64,000 bases of DNA. Source: Desulfomicrobium sp. GTDB taxonomy: Bacteria > Desulfobacterota > Desulfovibrionia > Desulfovibrionales > Desulfomicrobiaceae. Within the stretch, counting starts at the first letter, position 1. Every line of letters begins with the position of its first letter. Under the pieces are notes generated by a model, which was given only the letters and a program-made list of their open reading frames with translations, did no database searches and had not been told where the DNA came from. Position numbers and translations under genes: made by a program. Where the stretch lies: contig JAXGMI010000001.1 of the NCBI GenBank assembly GCA_040768745.1, positions 608,001 through 672,000 of the forward strand. The letters are read 5' to 3'. Positions 47,781 to 59,404 of this stretch are shown here, piece after piece.

Positions 47781-49421
47781 ATGATCCAATGGCCCAAAAG
47801 TAACGACGTTCTCGGCACCACCAACCGCGGCAACCCGGCCGAATCCGGTCTGTGCACCCTGTGCCGCTCGGACTGCTCAGGCAAATGCGAAACCTGGATG
47901 TCCTGCCTCAAAGGTCGGCACATGCTCTATCCCAGGGATTTCGGCTTTGTCACCGCAGGCAGCGGCAACACCAGCCATATCGGGGTGAACTACAATTCCC
48001 TGCGCATCCAGGGTTACAACTACGGAGCCCACGGCGTTGCACCCGGGCGGACAACCAACCCCGATGACTGTCTGTTCACCAATGTCTCTCTGGAGACCTC
48101 CTTTGGCGCCACGGAAAAAACCAAGGTTCGCATGCCCATTATGACCGGGGCCCTGGGCTCGACCTTCATTGCCGCCAAATATTGGAACTCCTTTGCTGCT
48201 GGTTGCGCCCTGATCGGGATCCCCATCGTCATCGGCGAGAACGTAGTCGGTGTGGACCGCCAGTCCAGCATGGCCAACGGCCGCATCGACAAATCCCCCG
48301 AACTGGACCGCCGCATCGAGATCTACAAACGCTACCATGACGGCTACGGAACCATCATCGTCCAGCTCAATGTCGAGGATGCCCGCAATGGCGTGGCAGA
48401 ATATGTCATCGACAAATACGGCGACAAGGTCTGCATTGAACTCAAATGGGGCCAAGGGGCCAAGAACATCGGTGGCGAAATCGAGGTCAAAAGCCTGGAT
48501 TACGCCCTGTTCCTGAAAAAACGCGGCTATCTCGTCGATCCCGACCCCGAGTTGCCCGAAGTGCAGGACGCCTTCAAGGCAGGAGGCATCAAGGGCTTCG
48601 CCCGCCACAGCCGCCTCGGGTATACTGACCTGCCTTCATCGGACGCAGTGCACCAGAACTTCATGGAGACCGCGGCCTATCTGCGCAAGCTCGGCTTCAA
48701 GAAAATCTCCCTCAAAACGGGGTCCTACGGCATGGAAGCCCTGGCCATGTCCATCAAGTACGCCACGGAGGCGGGATTGGATCTGCTGACCATTGACGGT
48801 TCCGGAGGCGGCACTGGCATGAGCCCCTGGAACATGATGGAGACATGGGGTGTTCCGTCCATCCTGCTGCACTCCAAGGCGGTGGAATATGCCTCCATCC
48901 TGGCCGCACAGGGCAAACGGGTCGTGGACATGTCCTTTGCCGGAGGCCTGGCCCGGGAAGATCAGATTTTCAAGGCCCTGGCCCTGGGCGCACCGTTTGT
49001 CAAGCTGATCTGCATGGGCCGCGCCCTGATGATCCCCGGTTTCCTGGGCTCCAACATTGAAGGTGCACTGCATCCGGACCGCAGGGAAAAGGTTTCCGGC
49101 AACTGGGACGCGTTGCCCAAAACCGTCAAGGATATCGGCGAAACACCGGAACAGATCTTTGCCGGATACGAGTCCCTGAAAGCAAAAATCGGGGCTGCGG
49201 AGATGCAGAACGTGCCTTTCGGCGCCATTGCCGCCTGGACTTTGGCCGACAAGCTTGGCGCAGGGTTGCAGCAGCTTCTGGCTGGCGCACGCAAGTTCTC
49301 TGTAACGGACATTTGTCGCGGAGACATTGTTTCAGCCAATCGGGAGACGGCCCGGGAAACGGGGATCCGGTTCATCACTGAAGTGCAGGACGAAATCGCC
49401 CGCAAGATTCTTTTCTCCTGA
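47781..49421 (+). CDS. FMN-binding glutamate-synthase-family protein
   Basis: CTLCRSDCSGKC, ELKWGQGAK and TIDGSGGGTGMSP motifs. Confidence 0.85.
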   Translation: MIQWPKSNDVLGTTNRGNPAESGLCTLCRSDCSGKCETWMSCLKGRHMLYPRDFGFVTAGSGNTSHIGVNYNSLRIQGYNYGAHGVAPGRTTNPDDCLFTNVSLETSFGATEKTKVRMPIMTGALGSTFIAAKYWNSFAAGCALIGIPIVIGENVVGVDRQSSMANGRIDKSPELDRRIEIYKRYHDGYGTIIVQLNVEDARNGVAEYVIDKYGDKVCIELKWGQGAKNIGGEIEVKSLDYALFLKKRGYLVDPDPELPEVQDAFKAGGIKGFARHSRLGYTDLPSSDAVHQNFMETAAYLRKLGFKKISLKTGSYGMEALAMSIKYATEAGLDLLTIDGSGGGTGMSPWNMMETWGVPSILLHSKAVEYASILAAQGKRVVDMSFAGGLAREDQIFKALALGAPFVKLICMGRALMIPGFLGSNIEGALHPDRREKVSGNWDALPKTVKDIGETPEQIFAGYESLKAKIGAAEMQNVPFGAIAAWTLADKLGAGLQQLLAGARKFSVTDICRGDIVSANRETARETGIRFITEVQDEIARKILFS

Positions 49422-49531
49422 TTTTTACGCATCCCATACGCTTACAGGGGGCGGTATCGACCCGATGCCGCCCCCTGGTCCCCCCCTCCTACCTGTGCTA
49501 TAATTTTAATAGTTACAGCCCAGGAGAACTC

Positions 49532-50677
49532 ATGATCGCCCAACCAAGTAATCCGTACAGCTCGCCACCCACCCGCGAGGCATGGGAGGCATTCCAGGTC
49601 CAAAGCAGGCAGATGGAAAACGCCCTGCTGGAACGCATCAAAGAACTCAACTGCCTTTACGGGATCACTCGCCTGGCCCAACAAGCCGAGCGGCCCCTGG
49701 AAGAAATCCTGGTCTCCATCGCCGAGCTCATTCCCGCTTCATGGCAGTATCCGGATATCACCTGCGCCTCAATCCGCCTGGGCGAGACGAGATATAGCTC
49801 CGCCAATTTCAAACCCACTCCGTGGCGTCAGGCCAGCCCCATCCTCGTTCGCAGAGAAACGCACGGTGAAGTTGAAGTGTGTTACCTTGAGAAACGCCAA
49901 GAGTGTGACGAAGGACCGTTTCTTCACGAGGAGCGCAGCCTTATCGACACCGTAGCGGATCTGATCGGCCGCATCGTGACCCAACGTCAGGCCGATGAAC
50001 AGATGCGAACCCTGTCCCAGGAACTGATCATGGCCCAGGAGAACGAGCGCCAACGCATTGCACGAGAACTTCATGATCACCTGGCCCAGGACCTGTCCCT
50101 GGCCCGGGCTGATCTGGAACGCATCGCCTGCGGACTCCCTCTGGACGGCCCGTACCGCAGCCAGGCCGTAGCTGTGGCCGAACGGTTGGGCAGCGCCATC
50201 AGCTCCATCCGCAACCTGGCTTATGGACTTCTTCCTCCGGGCTTGACCGAACTGGGCCTGGTCGAGACCGTGCTGGACCATTGCGAAGATTTTTCCCTTC
50301 GTCACGGCATTGAGGTTGAAGTCTTTGTTGACGGATTGGGTGGACTGGAGTTTGACTTCGACACCCAGATCAACATCTACCGTCTCATCCAGGAAGCATT
50401 GAGCAATGTGCGCAAGCACGCCAAGGCCAGCCGAGTGGTCATTCGCCTCCTCGGCGCCTACCCGAGCCTGCTGGTTCGTATCGAAGACGACGGATGCGGC
50501 GCGGATATGGAGCAGTGCATGGCCCAGGCCGGGAAAACCAAGCGCATGGGCATGTGGAGCATGCGGGAACGGGTTCGTCTGCTGGGAGGGACCATTGCCT
50601 TCCGCTCCAAACCGGGACAGGGCCTGCGCATCCTGATCGAAACCCCTCTGCAGCGGAGCAGCCGTGAGCGGTCCTAA
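49532..50677 (+). CDS. Cytoplasmic sensor histidine kinase (HisKA_3)
   Basis: ERQRIARELHDHLAQ, QEALSNVRKHA and EDDGCG motifs. Confidence 0.9.
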   Translation: MIAQPSNPYSSPPTREAWEAFQVQSRQMENALLERIKELNCLYGITRLAQQAERPLEEILVSIAELIPASWQYPDITCASIRLGETRYSSANFKPTPWRQASPILVRRETHGEVEVCYLEKRQECDEGPFLHEERSLIDTVADLIGRIVTQRQADEQMRTLSQELIMAQENERQRIARELHDHLAQDLSLARADLERIACGLPLDGPYRSQAVAVAERLGSAISSIRNLAYGLLPPGLTELGLVETVLDHCEDFSLRHGIEVEVFVDGLGGLEFDFDTQINIYRLIQEALSNVRKHAKASRVVIRLLGAYPSLLVRIEDDGCGADMEQCMAQAGKTKRMGMWSMRERVRLLGGTIAFRSKPGQGLRILIETPLQRSSRERS

Positions 50678-51332
50678 ACGCATCCTCATCGTCGACGACC
50701 ATCCCCTGTACCGCGACGGGCTCAAAGCCAGACTGGCCGGTAGATCAGATTTCAACGTGGCCGGCGAGGCCGGCTCCTGCGCCGATGGCCTGCGTCAGGC
50801 CAAAGAACTTGAACCAGACCTGGCCATCGTCGACATCAGCCTCCCTGATGGAAGCGGAATCGAACTGACCCGTGAGCTGCGCACCATCTTTGCGGGAATT
50901 TCCATCCTCATCGTCAGCATGCACGCCAAGCTCGATTTCATCGCCGCGTCCTTTCAGGCCGGCGCTTCCGGATACATGTCCAAAGAAACAGGGGGGGAAG
51001 GCATCCTGCAGGCCATCTCCACCGTGCTGGCCGGCGGACAGTATCTGGATGGGTCCCTCTCGCCCTCTGTCTTGCGCCGTCTGAACGACATTTCGGAACG
51101 CAAGGCCAAGCGCCTGGACGCCTCTTACGGCACCCTTTCCCTGCGCGAGCAGCAGATCATGCGCCTGCTGGCCGAAGGGCTGACCCCTGAAGAAATCGCG
51201 GGCAAACTTTTCGTCTCCCGCAAGACCGTCCTCAATCACCGCTATTCCATCATGACCAAGCTCGGGATCAAGAGCCCCATGGCCTTTGTGCGCCATGCCG
51301 CGCGACTCGGCCTCATCGACATCGAAGACTGA
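50664..51332 (+). CDS. NarL/LuxR-family response regulator
   Basis: IVDDHPL; LSLREQQIMRLLAEG HTH. Confidence 0.92.
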   Translation: MSGPKRILIVDDHPLYRDGLKARLAGRSDFNVAGEAGSCADGLRQAKELEPDLAIVDISLPDGSGIELTRELRTIFAGISILIVSMHAKLDFIAASFQAGASGYMSKETGGEGILQAISTVLAGGQYLDGSLSPSVLRRLNDISERKAKRLDASYGTLSLREQQIMRLLAEGLTPEEIAGKLFVSRKTVLNHRYSIMTKLGIKSPMAFVRHAARLGLIDIED

Positions 51333-51464
51333 ACCGCCAGGTTGTGCAATTTGCGACTTTACCGGGGCCCGCATTGATGGATACACAGATGCCAGTGCGG
51401 GTTCGATCGGACAGGTTTTGCCTGGCTCGTCATGCCCGCATGACCCAAGCATAAAGGATTGTTC

Positions 51465-52778
51465 ATGCTTCGCTCCATCGGATTGCTGCTCCTGGTTCTC
51501 CTCCTCGTCCTGGCCAACGGCTTTTTCGTGGCTTCAGAATTCTCACTGGTCGGTGTCCGCCGCTCGCGTATCGCCATCCTGGCCGCAGCAGGCAACCGGA
51601 GAGCCAGGAGGCTGCTGCGCCTCATCGACCACCTCAATGCCTATATCTCAGCCACACAGCTGGGCATCACGCTGGCCTCCCTGGCCTTGGGCTGGATAGG
51701 AGAACCGGCCATCGCCCGGCTGCTGGAGCCTGTTCTCGAAAACAGAGTGCCTCCGGCTGTCCTGCACTCCATCTCCTTTGCCGTCGCGTTCAGCCTCATC
51801 ACCTTTCTGCACATCGTTCTGGGCGAATTGGCGCCCAAGACCATTGCCCTGGAGTTGGCCGAGAAAACCGCTTTGGCCATAGCCCTGCCCATGGAGATCT
51901 TTTACCGGATTTTCTGCTGGCCCATCCGCCTGCTGGATTGGTCCGGGACATGCACGGTCCGGCTGCTGGGATTCACGCCCAGCGCCAGCCACGGCTCGGT
52001 GTATACAGAGGACGAGCTGCGCATGCTGATCGACGCCAGCTACAATAGCGGACAAATCGAAGACGAAAAACGCAAACTCATCAGCAAGGCCTTCGACTTC
52101 AACACCACGGAAGCCTGCGAGGCCATGATCCCCCGCTCCGAAATAGCGGCGTTGCCCGTGACAGCAACCCTGGAAGAGGTCCTGCAAGCCTTCCAGGTGC
52201 ATGGGTACTCACGCCTGCCGGTTTTTGGCGAAGACCTGGACGACATCGTCGGCGTGCTGTTCCGCAAGGACATGGAACCGTTTCTGGCCCGCACCTCGGA
52301 CGCGGCGTTCTCCATGACATCCATCATCCATCCCCCCACCTTCGTTCCGGCAGGGAAGCATCTCGGGGCCCTGCTCAAGCAGATGCAGGCCTCGCGCACC
52401 CACTTGGTCTTTGTCATGGACGAGTACGGCGGACTGGAGGGTCTGGTCACCCTGGAAGACGTCTTGGAAGAGATCGTCGGGGAGATCAACGACGAATACG
52501 ATGAGGAAGTGCGATCCCAGATCGTGCGTGACGGAACCGACTACATTCTGGACGGAATGCTGGCGGTGCGGGACGCCAACCGAAAACTGAAGCTGACTCT
52601 GCCCGAGGACGAGACCTACACAACTGTGGCCGGATTTCTCCAGGCCCGGGCCGGCCGTGTTCTTGAACCCGGCGACGTGGTGCCCCTCAGGGAAGGCCTG
52701 TTCAGGGTTGAACGCGTGGAACGACGCCGCATCCAACGCATTCGATTCAGCCCCGCTCCGGCTTCAGATCAGAGATAA
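51465..52778 (+). CDS. Hemolysin/CNNM-CBS-CorC family protein
   Basis: ANGFFVASEFSLV, GELAPKT and DEYGGLEGLVTLED motifs. Confidence 0.9.
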   Translation: MLRSIGLLLLVLLLVLANGFFVASEFSLVGVRRSRIAILAAAGNRRARRLLRLIDHLNAYISATQLGITLASLALGWIGEPAIARLLEPVLENRVPPAVLHSISFAVAFSLITFLHIVLGELAPKTIALELAEKTALAIALPMEIFYRIFCWPIRLLDWSGTCTVRLLGFTPSASHGSVYTEDELRMLIDASYNSGQIEDEKRKLISKAFDFNTTEACEAMIPRSEIAALPVTATLEEVLQAFQVHGYSRLPVFGEDLDDIVGVLFRKDMEPFLARTSDAAFSMTSIIHPPTFVPAGKHLGALLKQMQASRTHLVFVMDEYGGLEGLVTLEDVLEEIVGEINDEYDEEVRSQIVRDGTDYILDGMLAVRDANRKLKLTLPEDETYTTVAGFLQARAGRVLEPGDVVPLREGLFRVERVERRRIQRIRFSPAPASDQR

Positions 52779-52785
52779 CCGCCCC

Positions 52786-54138
52786 TCATTCCCCGGCGTC
52801 CAGAACAGCCAAAATTTCGGCGGTTTTTTCTGCCATCAGGGCGCAATCCCCGCGCGACTCCACATTGAGGCGCAGTACAGGCTCTGTGTTGGACGAGCGC
52901 AGGTTGAACCGCCAGTCCGCGAACTCCAGGCTCAGACCATCCGTGGTGTCACGGGCCAGGCTCTTCCTGCCGAAACGCCCTTCCACAGCGGCAATGGCAG
53001 CGGCCGCGTCCCTGACCGTGCGGTTGATCTCCCCGCTGGCCGGGTAGGCGGCCATGGCGTCGTCCACCAATTGGGCCAGGGTCTTGCCGCTGATGCAGAT
53101 CCGCTCGGCAACCAGCAGCCAGGGGATCATGCCCGAGTCGCAGTAGGCGAAATCGCGGAAGTAGTGGTGGGCGCTCATTTCTCCTCCGTACACGGCGTCT
53201 TCCAGGCGCATGCGTTCCTTGATGAAAGCATGGCCCGTCTTGGACATGAGGGGGCGTCCCCCGGCCGCGCTCACAGCGGCAATGGTGTTCCAGATCAGAC
53301 GCGGGTCATGAATGATGCCTGCCCCCGGAAACTTGCGGGAGAACGCCTCGCCCAGCAGTCCCACCACGTAGTATCCCTCGATGAACCGCCCCCTTCCATC
53401 GAAGAAGAAACAGCGATCAAAATCCCCGTCCCAGGCCAATCCCAGGTCTGCGCCCGTTGTCACGACGGCCCTCGAAGTCAGGTCCCGATTCTGCGGGAGA
53501 AGGGGATTGGGGACGCCGTTCGGAAAGTTTCCATCCGGTTCGTGCAGAATCTTGTGAAAGGTGAAGGGAAGCACGGGTTCGAGCAGATCGATCACGGCCC
53601 CTGCCCCGCCATTGCCCGCATTGGTCACGATGGAAAGAGGCGTCAGTTGTTTACGGTCCACATAGCTCAGCAGATGGTCCCGGTACCGCTCGCGCACGTT
53701 GAGTGGGCGCAACTGTCCAGCTCCTGTGGCGGCCTCGAACACCTCTGCCGCAGCCATGTCCCGAATGGCGAAGAGACCGGTATCCCCGCTGATGGGCCGC
53801 GAATCTTCGCGCACGAACTTCATCCCGTTGTAGTCCTTGGGATTGTGGCTGGCTGTGACCATGATCCCGCCGTCCAGACCCTGATCAAATACGGCGAAAT
53901 ACACTTCCTCGGTCCCGCATTCTCCCAAAAAGAAGACGTCCACCCCTGCATCGAGCAGTCCACGGGCCACAGCATCCGCCATGCCCGGGCTGGAAAGTCG
54001 GATGTCATGCCCGACAACCACCCGCGCGGGATGGAGGAAGGAGGCGTAGGCCCGGCCAATGCGGTAGGCCAGGGATTCGTCCAGTTCGTCCGGGACCCGT
54101 CCGCGGATGTCGTAGGCCTTGAAGCAGGAAAGGTTCAT
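52786..54138 (-). CDS. manB: Phosphomannomutase
   Basis: [21 protein letters not shown] and [10 protein letters not shown] motifs. Confidence 0.9.
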   Translation of the reverse strand: MNLSCFKAYDIRGRVPDELDESLAYRIGRAYASFLHPARVVVGHDIRLSSPGMADAVARGLLDAGVDVFFLGECGTEEVYFAVFDQGLDGGIMVTASHNPKDYNGMKFVREDSRPISGDTGLFAIRDMAAAEVFEAATGAGQLRPLNVRERYRDHLLSYVDRKQLTPLSIVTNAGNGGAGAVIDLLEPVLPFTFHKILHEPDGNFPNGVPNPLLPQNRDLTSRAVVTTGADLGLAWDGDFDRCFFFDGRGRFIEGYYVVGLLGEAFSRKFPGAGIIHDPRLIWNTIAAVSAAGGRPLMSKTGHAFIKERMRLEDAVYGGEMSAHHYFRDFAYCDSGMIPWLLVAERICISGKTLAQLVDDAMAAYPASGEINRTVRDAAAAIAAVEGRFGRKSLARDTTDGLSLEFADWRFNLRSSNTEPVLRLNVESRGDCALMAEKTAEILAVLDAGE

Positions 54139-54395
54139 GTTCGGGGCTCCTGGGAATGGAAAAATTCTGTTGGCGTTGCGGTGCCGGGCACTCTCACGGC
54201 TATGCACGGATGGCCATCTTGATCAAGTGAAAAGGTGCCGATGTCCCATTGCGGTTCTGCCTGCAACCGGTGGATACTCCTCCTGGAATTTCCCGCAACT
54301 TCTTGCACTCGCCGCCCCATGATGTCAGACTGCCTTGCAGGCCCGCTCACCGGCCCGAAAAAGCCCATTCCACCACGACCAGCAACAGGATTCTC

Positions 54396-55604
54396 ATGGC
54401 CCCATCTTTCCTCAGTGCTTTTGCCCGGCCCCTCCGGCACCGCAATTTCCGCCTTTTCGCCTCTGGACAGATCATCTCCCTCATCGGCACCTGGGTCCAG
54501 AACGTGTCCGAGGCATGGCTGGTGTACCGACTGACGGGATCCAGCGCAGCCCTGGGACTGGTGCGCTTCGCGGGGCTAGCACCCGTCTTCGTCCTGGCCC
54601 TGGTCGGCGGGGACTGGGCCGACAGGGCCAACCGCCGGCACATCCTGATCGGGACCCAGACCGCGGCCATGGTTCTGGCCTTTGTCCTGGCGGTTCTCTG
54701 CTTCACGGATCGCGTTCAGGTCTGGATCATCGTCCTTCTGGCGGCGCTGCTGGGCGTGGTCAACGCCATCGACAACCCCACGCGGCAATCCTTCGTGGTC
54801 GAGATGGTCGGCAAGGAGGACCTACCCAGCGCCATCGGCTTCAACTCTTCCATGTTCCACCTGGCCCGCATCCTCGGACCCACGGCGGCAGGGATTCTGC
54901 TGGCCACTGTCGGCGAGGCGTGGTGCTTCACCATCAACGGTCTGTCCTTCGTGGCCGTGATCGTCTCCCTGATCCTCATGCGCCTGCCGCAGATTCCCAG
55001 GCCCGCCCCTCAGGGGCACATCTGGGCCCGTATCAGGACCGGCGTCGCCTACGCATGGACCACCCCGCCCATCCGCTCCCTGCTTGTCCTGGTGGCGGTC
55101 ATCAGCCTCTTCGGGTCCTCCTTTCTCGTGCTCATGCCGGTGGTGGCCAAGGAAGTCCTGGGACAGGGGGCAGACGGCTACAGTCTGCTCATGACTGCGG
55201 CCGGCCTCGGCAGCCTTGCCGGTGCCGTGACCCTGACCCTGCGCAAGACTGCCGGGCTATGGTCCCTGCGGGCCACGGCCAGCCTGGGCTTTGGCCTGAC
55301 CCTCATCCTCTTCGCCCTGTCCCGGACATTCTGGCTTTCCGCCCTGCTGGCCGTGCCCTGTGGGCTGTTCATGATCCTGCTCATGGCCACATCCAACACC
55401 TTGGTGCAAACCCTAACACCCGATGAACTGCGGGGCCGGGTCATGGCCCTGTTCGCCATGATGTTCATGGGCATGTCCCCCTTCGGCTCCCTCGGAGCGG
55501 GACTGCTGGCCGAGCACCTGGGTGTCGGATCGACTCTGGTCCTGTGTGGAACAGTCTGCCTCTCAGCCGGCCTCCTCCTCGGGTTCAGAAAACCTGCAAT
55601 CTGA
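54396..55604 (+). CDS. MFS transporter
   Basis: LRHRNFRLFASGQIISLIGTWVQ; roughly 12 TM segments. Confidence 0.9.
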   Translation: MAPSFLSAFARPLRHRNFRLFASGQIISLIGTWVQNVSEAWLVYRLTGSSAALGLVRFAGLAPVFVLALVGGDWADRANRRHILIGTQTAAMVLAFVLAVLCFTDRVQVWIIVLLAALLGVVNAIDNPTRQSFVVEMVGKEDLPSAIGFNSSMFHLARILGPTAAGILLATVGEAWCFTINGLSFVAVIVSLILMRLPQIPRPAPQGHIWARIRTGVAYAWTTPPIRSLLVLVAVISLFGSSFLVLMPVVAKEVLGQGADGYSLLMTAAGLGSLAGAVTLTLRKTAGLWSLRATASLGFGLTLILFALSRTFWLSALLAVPCGLFMILLMATSNTLVQTLTPDELRGRVMALFAMMFMGMSPFGSLGAGLLAEHLGVGSTLVLCGTVCLSAGLLLGFRKPAI

Positions 55605-55741
55605 AAAACGTGGCGGTTCATCCTCCAGCCACAGTGCTGGACAAAAATTCTCTCCATCTGCCGGTGCCGGATTCCCGTCCAAAAAATTTTATTCCAAAAT
55701 TACGATATGTTAAAAAACAAGGACGTCGATATAGATTCAGA

Positions 55742-55782
55742 TTGACTTAAATAATAATTTCTACTAAAAGAAAATTATTCTT
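55742..55782 (+). promoter_or_regulatory. Sigma-70-like promoter with an overlapping Fur/PerR-like palindrome
   Basis: TTGACT-17 bp-TAAAAG; AAGAAAATTATTCTT near-palindrome at 55768-55782. Confidence 0.5.
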
Positions 55783-55817
55783 AATCAATACTGTTTAACA
55801 CTGGAAAAACCGCATCC

Positions 55818-56255
55818 ATGACTGACACCCGGCGCCTCGAACGCATGCTCCTGAGACTGCAGGAGCGCAATTTCAGGGTCACTCCGCAACGGCTCGAAGT
55901 CCTGTGCGTCCTTTCTCAAAGCAGAGGACACCCGTCAGTGGAGCAGATCCATGCCCAGGTACGGGACAAATTCCCCACCACCAGCCTGGCCACAACCTAC
56001 AAGACCGTGGCTTTGCTGAAGGAGATCGACGAGGTCCTGGAACTGGGTTTTGGCGATGGCAGCAACCGCTACGACGGGTTCAAACCCTTTCCCCACCCCC
56101 ACGTCATCTGTACCCGCTGCCACAAGATCCTGGACCCGGATCTGTCCATGCTCCAGGACATGGCCGAAGAAGCAGCCAGAGAAACGGGATTCCGCATCCT
56201 GACCCACCGGCTCGACTTTTTCGGGTTGTGTCCCGACTGTCAGGAAAAACCATGA
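55818..56255 (+). CDS. perR: Fur-family regulator (PerR-like)
   Basis: RVTPQR, HPSVEQ, HPHVICTRC and CPDC motifs; upstream of catalase. Confidence 0.8.
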   Translation: MTDTRRLERMLLRLQERNFRVTPQRLEVLCVLSQSRGHPSVEQIHAQVRDKFPTTSLATTYKTVALLKEIDEVLELGFGDGSNRYDGFKPFPHPHVICTRCHKILDPDLSMLQDMAEEAARETGFRILTHRLDFFGLCPDCQEKP

Positions 56256-56381
56256 GCATACCCCAGGCAACGAGTCAGGCCTCCCTGGTGGAGGACAACC
56301 AACCAGCCCTGGATGCCTTCAGGGCATGCGTTGATCCGCACCGGGAGCACCCTTCTCCACAACAATGAACAGGAGGATCGT

Positions 56382-57860
56382 ATGAGCACCAAAAAGAAAC
56401 CGACCGCCAAAACGAAACTGACCACCAACGCCGGGGCCCCGGTTCCCAACAACCAGGATATTCTGACTGCCGGACCGCGCGGCCCGCAGCTGCTTCAGGA
56501 TGTCTGGTTTCTCGAAAAGCTGGCCCACTTCGACCGCGAGGTCATTCCGGAGCGGCGCATGCACGCCAAAGGATCTGGCGCCTACGGAACCTTCACCGTG
56601 ACCCACGACATCACCAAGTACACCAGGGCCAAGATTTTCTCCCAGATCGGCAAGAAAACCGATTTGTTCGCGCGCTTCTCCACCGTCGCCGGCCTGCGCG
56701 GCGCGGCCGATGCCGAACGCGACATCCGAGGCTTCGCCCTCAAATTCTACACCGAAGAGGGGAACTGGGACCTGGTCGGCAACAACACCCCGGTGTTCTT
56801 TTTCCGCGACCCGCTCAAGTTCCCGGACCTCAACCACGTGGTCAAGCGCGACCCGCGGACCAACATGCACAACCCGACGAGCAACTGGGACTTCTGGACC
56901 AATCTGCCCGAGGCCCTGCACCAGGTGACCATCGTCATGAGCGACCGCGGCATCCCGGCCAGCTATCGCCACATGCACGGTTTTGGTTCGCACACCTTCA
57001 GCTTCATCAACGCCAAAAACGAACGTTTCTGGTGTAAATTCCACTTCAAATCCCAGCAGGGCATCAAGAACCTGACCGACGCCGAGGCCGAGGCCATTAT
57101 CGGCAAGGACCGTGAGAGCCACCAGCGCGACCTCTACGAAGCCATCGAGCGGGGGGATTTCCCGCGCTGGACCCTGTTCGTGCAGGTGATGACCGAGGAA
57201 CAGGCGGCCAATCTGCCCTACCATCCGTTCGACCTGACCAAGGTCTGGTACAAGAAGGACGCCCCGCTCATGGAGGTGGGAGTGCTGGAACTGAACAAAA
57301 ACCCCGAGAACTACTTCGCCGAGGTTGAACAGGCCGCCTTCAACCCGGCCAACGTGGTGCCCGGCATCAGCTTTTCGCCGGACAAGATGCTCCAGGGCCG
57401 GCTTTTCTCCTACGGCGATGCCCAGCGCTACCGCCTCGGAGTCAACCATCACCTTATCCCGGTGAACAAAGCCCGCTGCCCCATGCACAGCTATCACCGC
57501 GACGGCCTGATGCGGGTGGACGGCAACTACGGCTCCACCATTCCATACGACACCAACAGCTACGGCGAGTGGCAGGAACAGCCCGACTTTTCCGAGCCGC
57601 CGCTGAGCCTGTCCGGGGCGGCCGACCGCTGGAACGCCCGCGACGACGACAGCGATTACTTCACCCAGCCGGGCAAGCTCTTCCGCCTGATGACCAAGGG
57701 GCAGCAGAAGGTGCTCTTTGAGAACACGGCCCGGGCCATGGCCGGAGTCCCCCAGGAGATCATGATGCGCCACATCACCCACTGCTCCAAGGCCGACCCG
57801 GAATACGGCAAGGGCGTGGCCAAGGCCCTGAAGATCAATTTGAGCGACCTGCCGAAATAA
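56382..57860 (+). CDS. katA: Monofunctional heme catalase
   Basis: [15 protein letters not shown] and [14 protein letters not shown] motifs. Confidence 0.95.
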   Translation: MSTKKKPTAKTKLTTNAGAPVPNNQDILTAGPRGPQLLQDVWFLEKLAHFDREVIPERRMHAKGSGAYGTFTVTHDITKYTRAKIFSQIGKKTDLFARFSTVAGLRGAADAERDIRGFALKFYTEEGNWDLVGNNTPVFFFRDPLKFPDLNHVVKRDPRTNMHNPTSNWDFWTNLPEALHQVTIVMSDRGIPASYRHMHGFGSHTFSFINAKNERFWCKFHFKSQQGIKNLTDAEAEAIIGKDRESHQRDLYEAIERGDFPRWTLFVQVMTEEQAANLPYHPFDLTKVWYKKDAPLMEVGVLELNKNPENYFAEVEQAAFNPANVVPGISFSPDKMLQGRLFSYGDAQRYRLGVNHHLIPVNKARCPMHSYHRDGLMRVDGNYGSTIPYDTNSYGEWQEQPDFSEPPLSLSGAADRWNARDDDSDYFTQPGKLFRLMTKGQQKVLFENTARAMAGVPQEIMMRHITHCSKADPEYGKGVAKALKINLSDLPK

Positions 57861-57878
57861 TCAGATCTGCCAGACAGG

Positions 57879-57911
57879 AATACGGGCTGCTCTCAGGGGC
57901 AGCCCGTATTT
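57879..57911. terminator. Hairpin/terminator after catalase
   Basis: AATACGGGCTGC...GCAGCCCGTATT. Confidence 0.7.
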
Positions 57912-58006
57912 GTTGCCGCTGTTCTTCTGGCAGCCCCCCCAAACAAAAAGGCCGGAGACCCCCCACAAGAGGGGCCCGGCCGCATGTGCAGTGCCTTGGG
58001 CCGTCG

Positions 58007-59404
58007 TCAGTATCCCTTGAGCTTGTCGATGAATTCCGGGAGCCACAGCGAAAGCTGCGGCACATAGGTGACGACGACCAGGAAGCCGAGTAGAATGCTT
58101 AGCCAGGGCATGGCCGCCCGGACCACCCAGGCAATATCCCGCTTGGTGATGCCGGCCGTGACAAAGAGGTTCAGGCCCACCGGCGGGGTGATCAGCCCGA
58201 TTTCCATGTTCACCACGCAGATGATGCCCAGGTGGATGGGGTCGATCCCCAGTTTGACCGCAATGGGAAAGAGGATCGGGATCATGATCATGGTGATGGC
58301 CGACGGCTCCATGAAGTTTCCGGCGATGAGCAGCAGGATGTTCACCACGATGAGGAAGCCCCAGGCCGGCAGGCCCCACCCGACAATGGCCTCGGCGATG
58401 ATGTGCGGGATGCGCTCCGTGGTCAGCACGTGGGCGAAGAGCATGGCGTTGCCGATGATGAAGAGGAGCATGATGCTGACCTTGGCCGCGTCGAGCACCA
58501 CATGCCGCACTTCCGGATGCACGACGGACCGGGGGAGGGCCAGGGCGCTCTGCCACATGCCGCGCACCAGGGCCGAGGGCAGCGCCTCGTCCTTGGCGCG
58601 CCAGGGCACGCCCTTCAACGGCCCCATGTCCCGGTAGACGAAAATGGCAACCCAGTAGGCGTACACGGCCGAAACGGCCGCCGCCTCGGTGGGGCTGCAC
58701 ACGCCCCCATAGATGGTCCCCAGCACGATGATGACCAGCATGAGGCCGCCCAGGGCGGAGAATCCGGACCGGAAAATCTGCCCGAACCCCGGCCAGCCCA
58801 GGGAGGGCAGGTTCTTGATGCGGGCCACGATGTAGATGCCCAGCATCAGCAGAAGTCCCAGGGTTATGCCAGGGATGAACCCGGCCATGAACAGCCGGGC
58901 CGCCGATTCCTGGGTGGCCGCCGCGTACACGAGCATGACGATGGACGGCGGAATGAGGATGCCCAGGGTGCCGGCGTTGCAGATGACCCCGGCGGCGAGA
59001 CTTTCGGGATAGCCCGAGCGGACCATGCCGCCGATGACGATGCTGCCGATGGCCGCCACCGTGGCGGGCGAGGAGCCGGACACGGCGGCAAAGAGCATGC
59101 AGGCCAGGACCGAGGCCATGGCCAACCCACCCTTGATGTGGCCGACACAGTCCAGGGCGAAATTGATCAGCCGTTTGGCCACCCCGCCTGTGGACAGGAA
59201 CTGGGAGGACAGGATGAAGAACGGGATGGCCAGCAGGGTATAGTGTTCGGAAACCGACTCGAAAAGCTTCAGGGCGATGGACGCCAGGGAGTCGTTGGAA
59301 AAGAACAGAATGGTGGTGATGCTCGACAGCCCCAGGGCGATGGCAATGGGCATGCCCGTGGCGATGAAGAGGAACAGCAGGGTGAAAAGGGCCGCAGAGG
59401 TCAT
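58007..59404 (-). CDS. dctM: TRAP transporter large permease
   Basis: LLAIPFFIL, SGSSPATVAAIG and GLITPPVGLNLF motifs. Confidence 0.92.
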   Translation of the reverse strand: MTSAALFTLLFLFIATGMPIAIALGLSSITTILFFSNDSLASIALKLFESVSEHYTLLAIPFFILSSQFLSTGGVAKRLINFALDCVGHIKGGLAMASVLACMLFAAVSGSSPATVAAIGSIVIGGMVRSGYPESLAAGVICNAGTLGILIPPSIVMLVYAAATQESAARLFMAGFIPGITLGLLLMLGIYIVARIKNLPSLGWPGFGQIFRSGFSALGGLMLVIIVLGTIYGGVCSPTEAAAVSAVYAYWVAIFVYRDMGPLKGVPWRAKDEALPSALVRGMWQSALALPRSVVHPEVRHVVLDAAKVSIMLLFIIGNAMLFAHVLTTERIPHIIAEAIVGWGLPAWGFLIVVNILLLIAGNFMEPSAITMIMIPILFPIAVKLGIDPIHLGIICVVNMEIGLITPPVGLNLFVTAGITKRDIAWVVRAAMPWLSILLGFLVVVTYVPQLSLWLPEFIDKLKGY

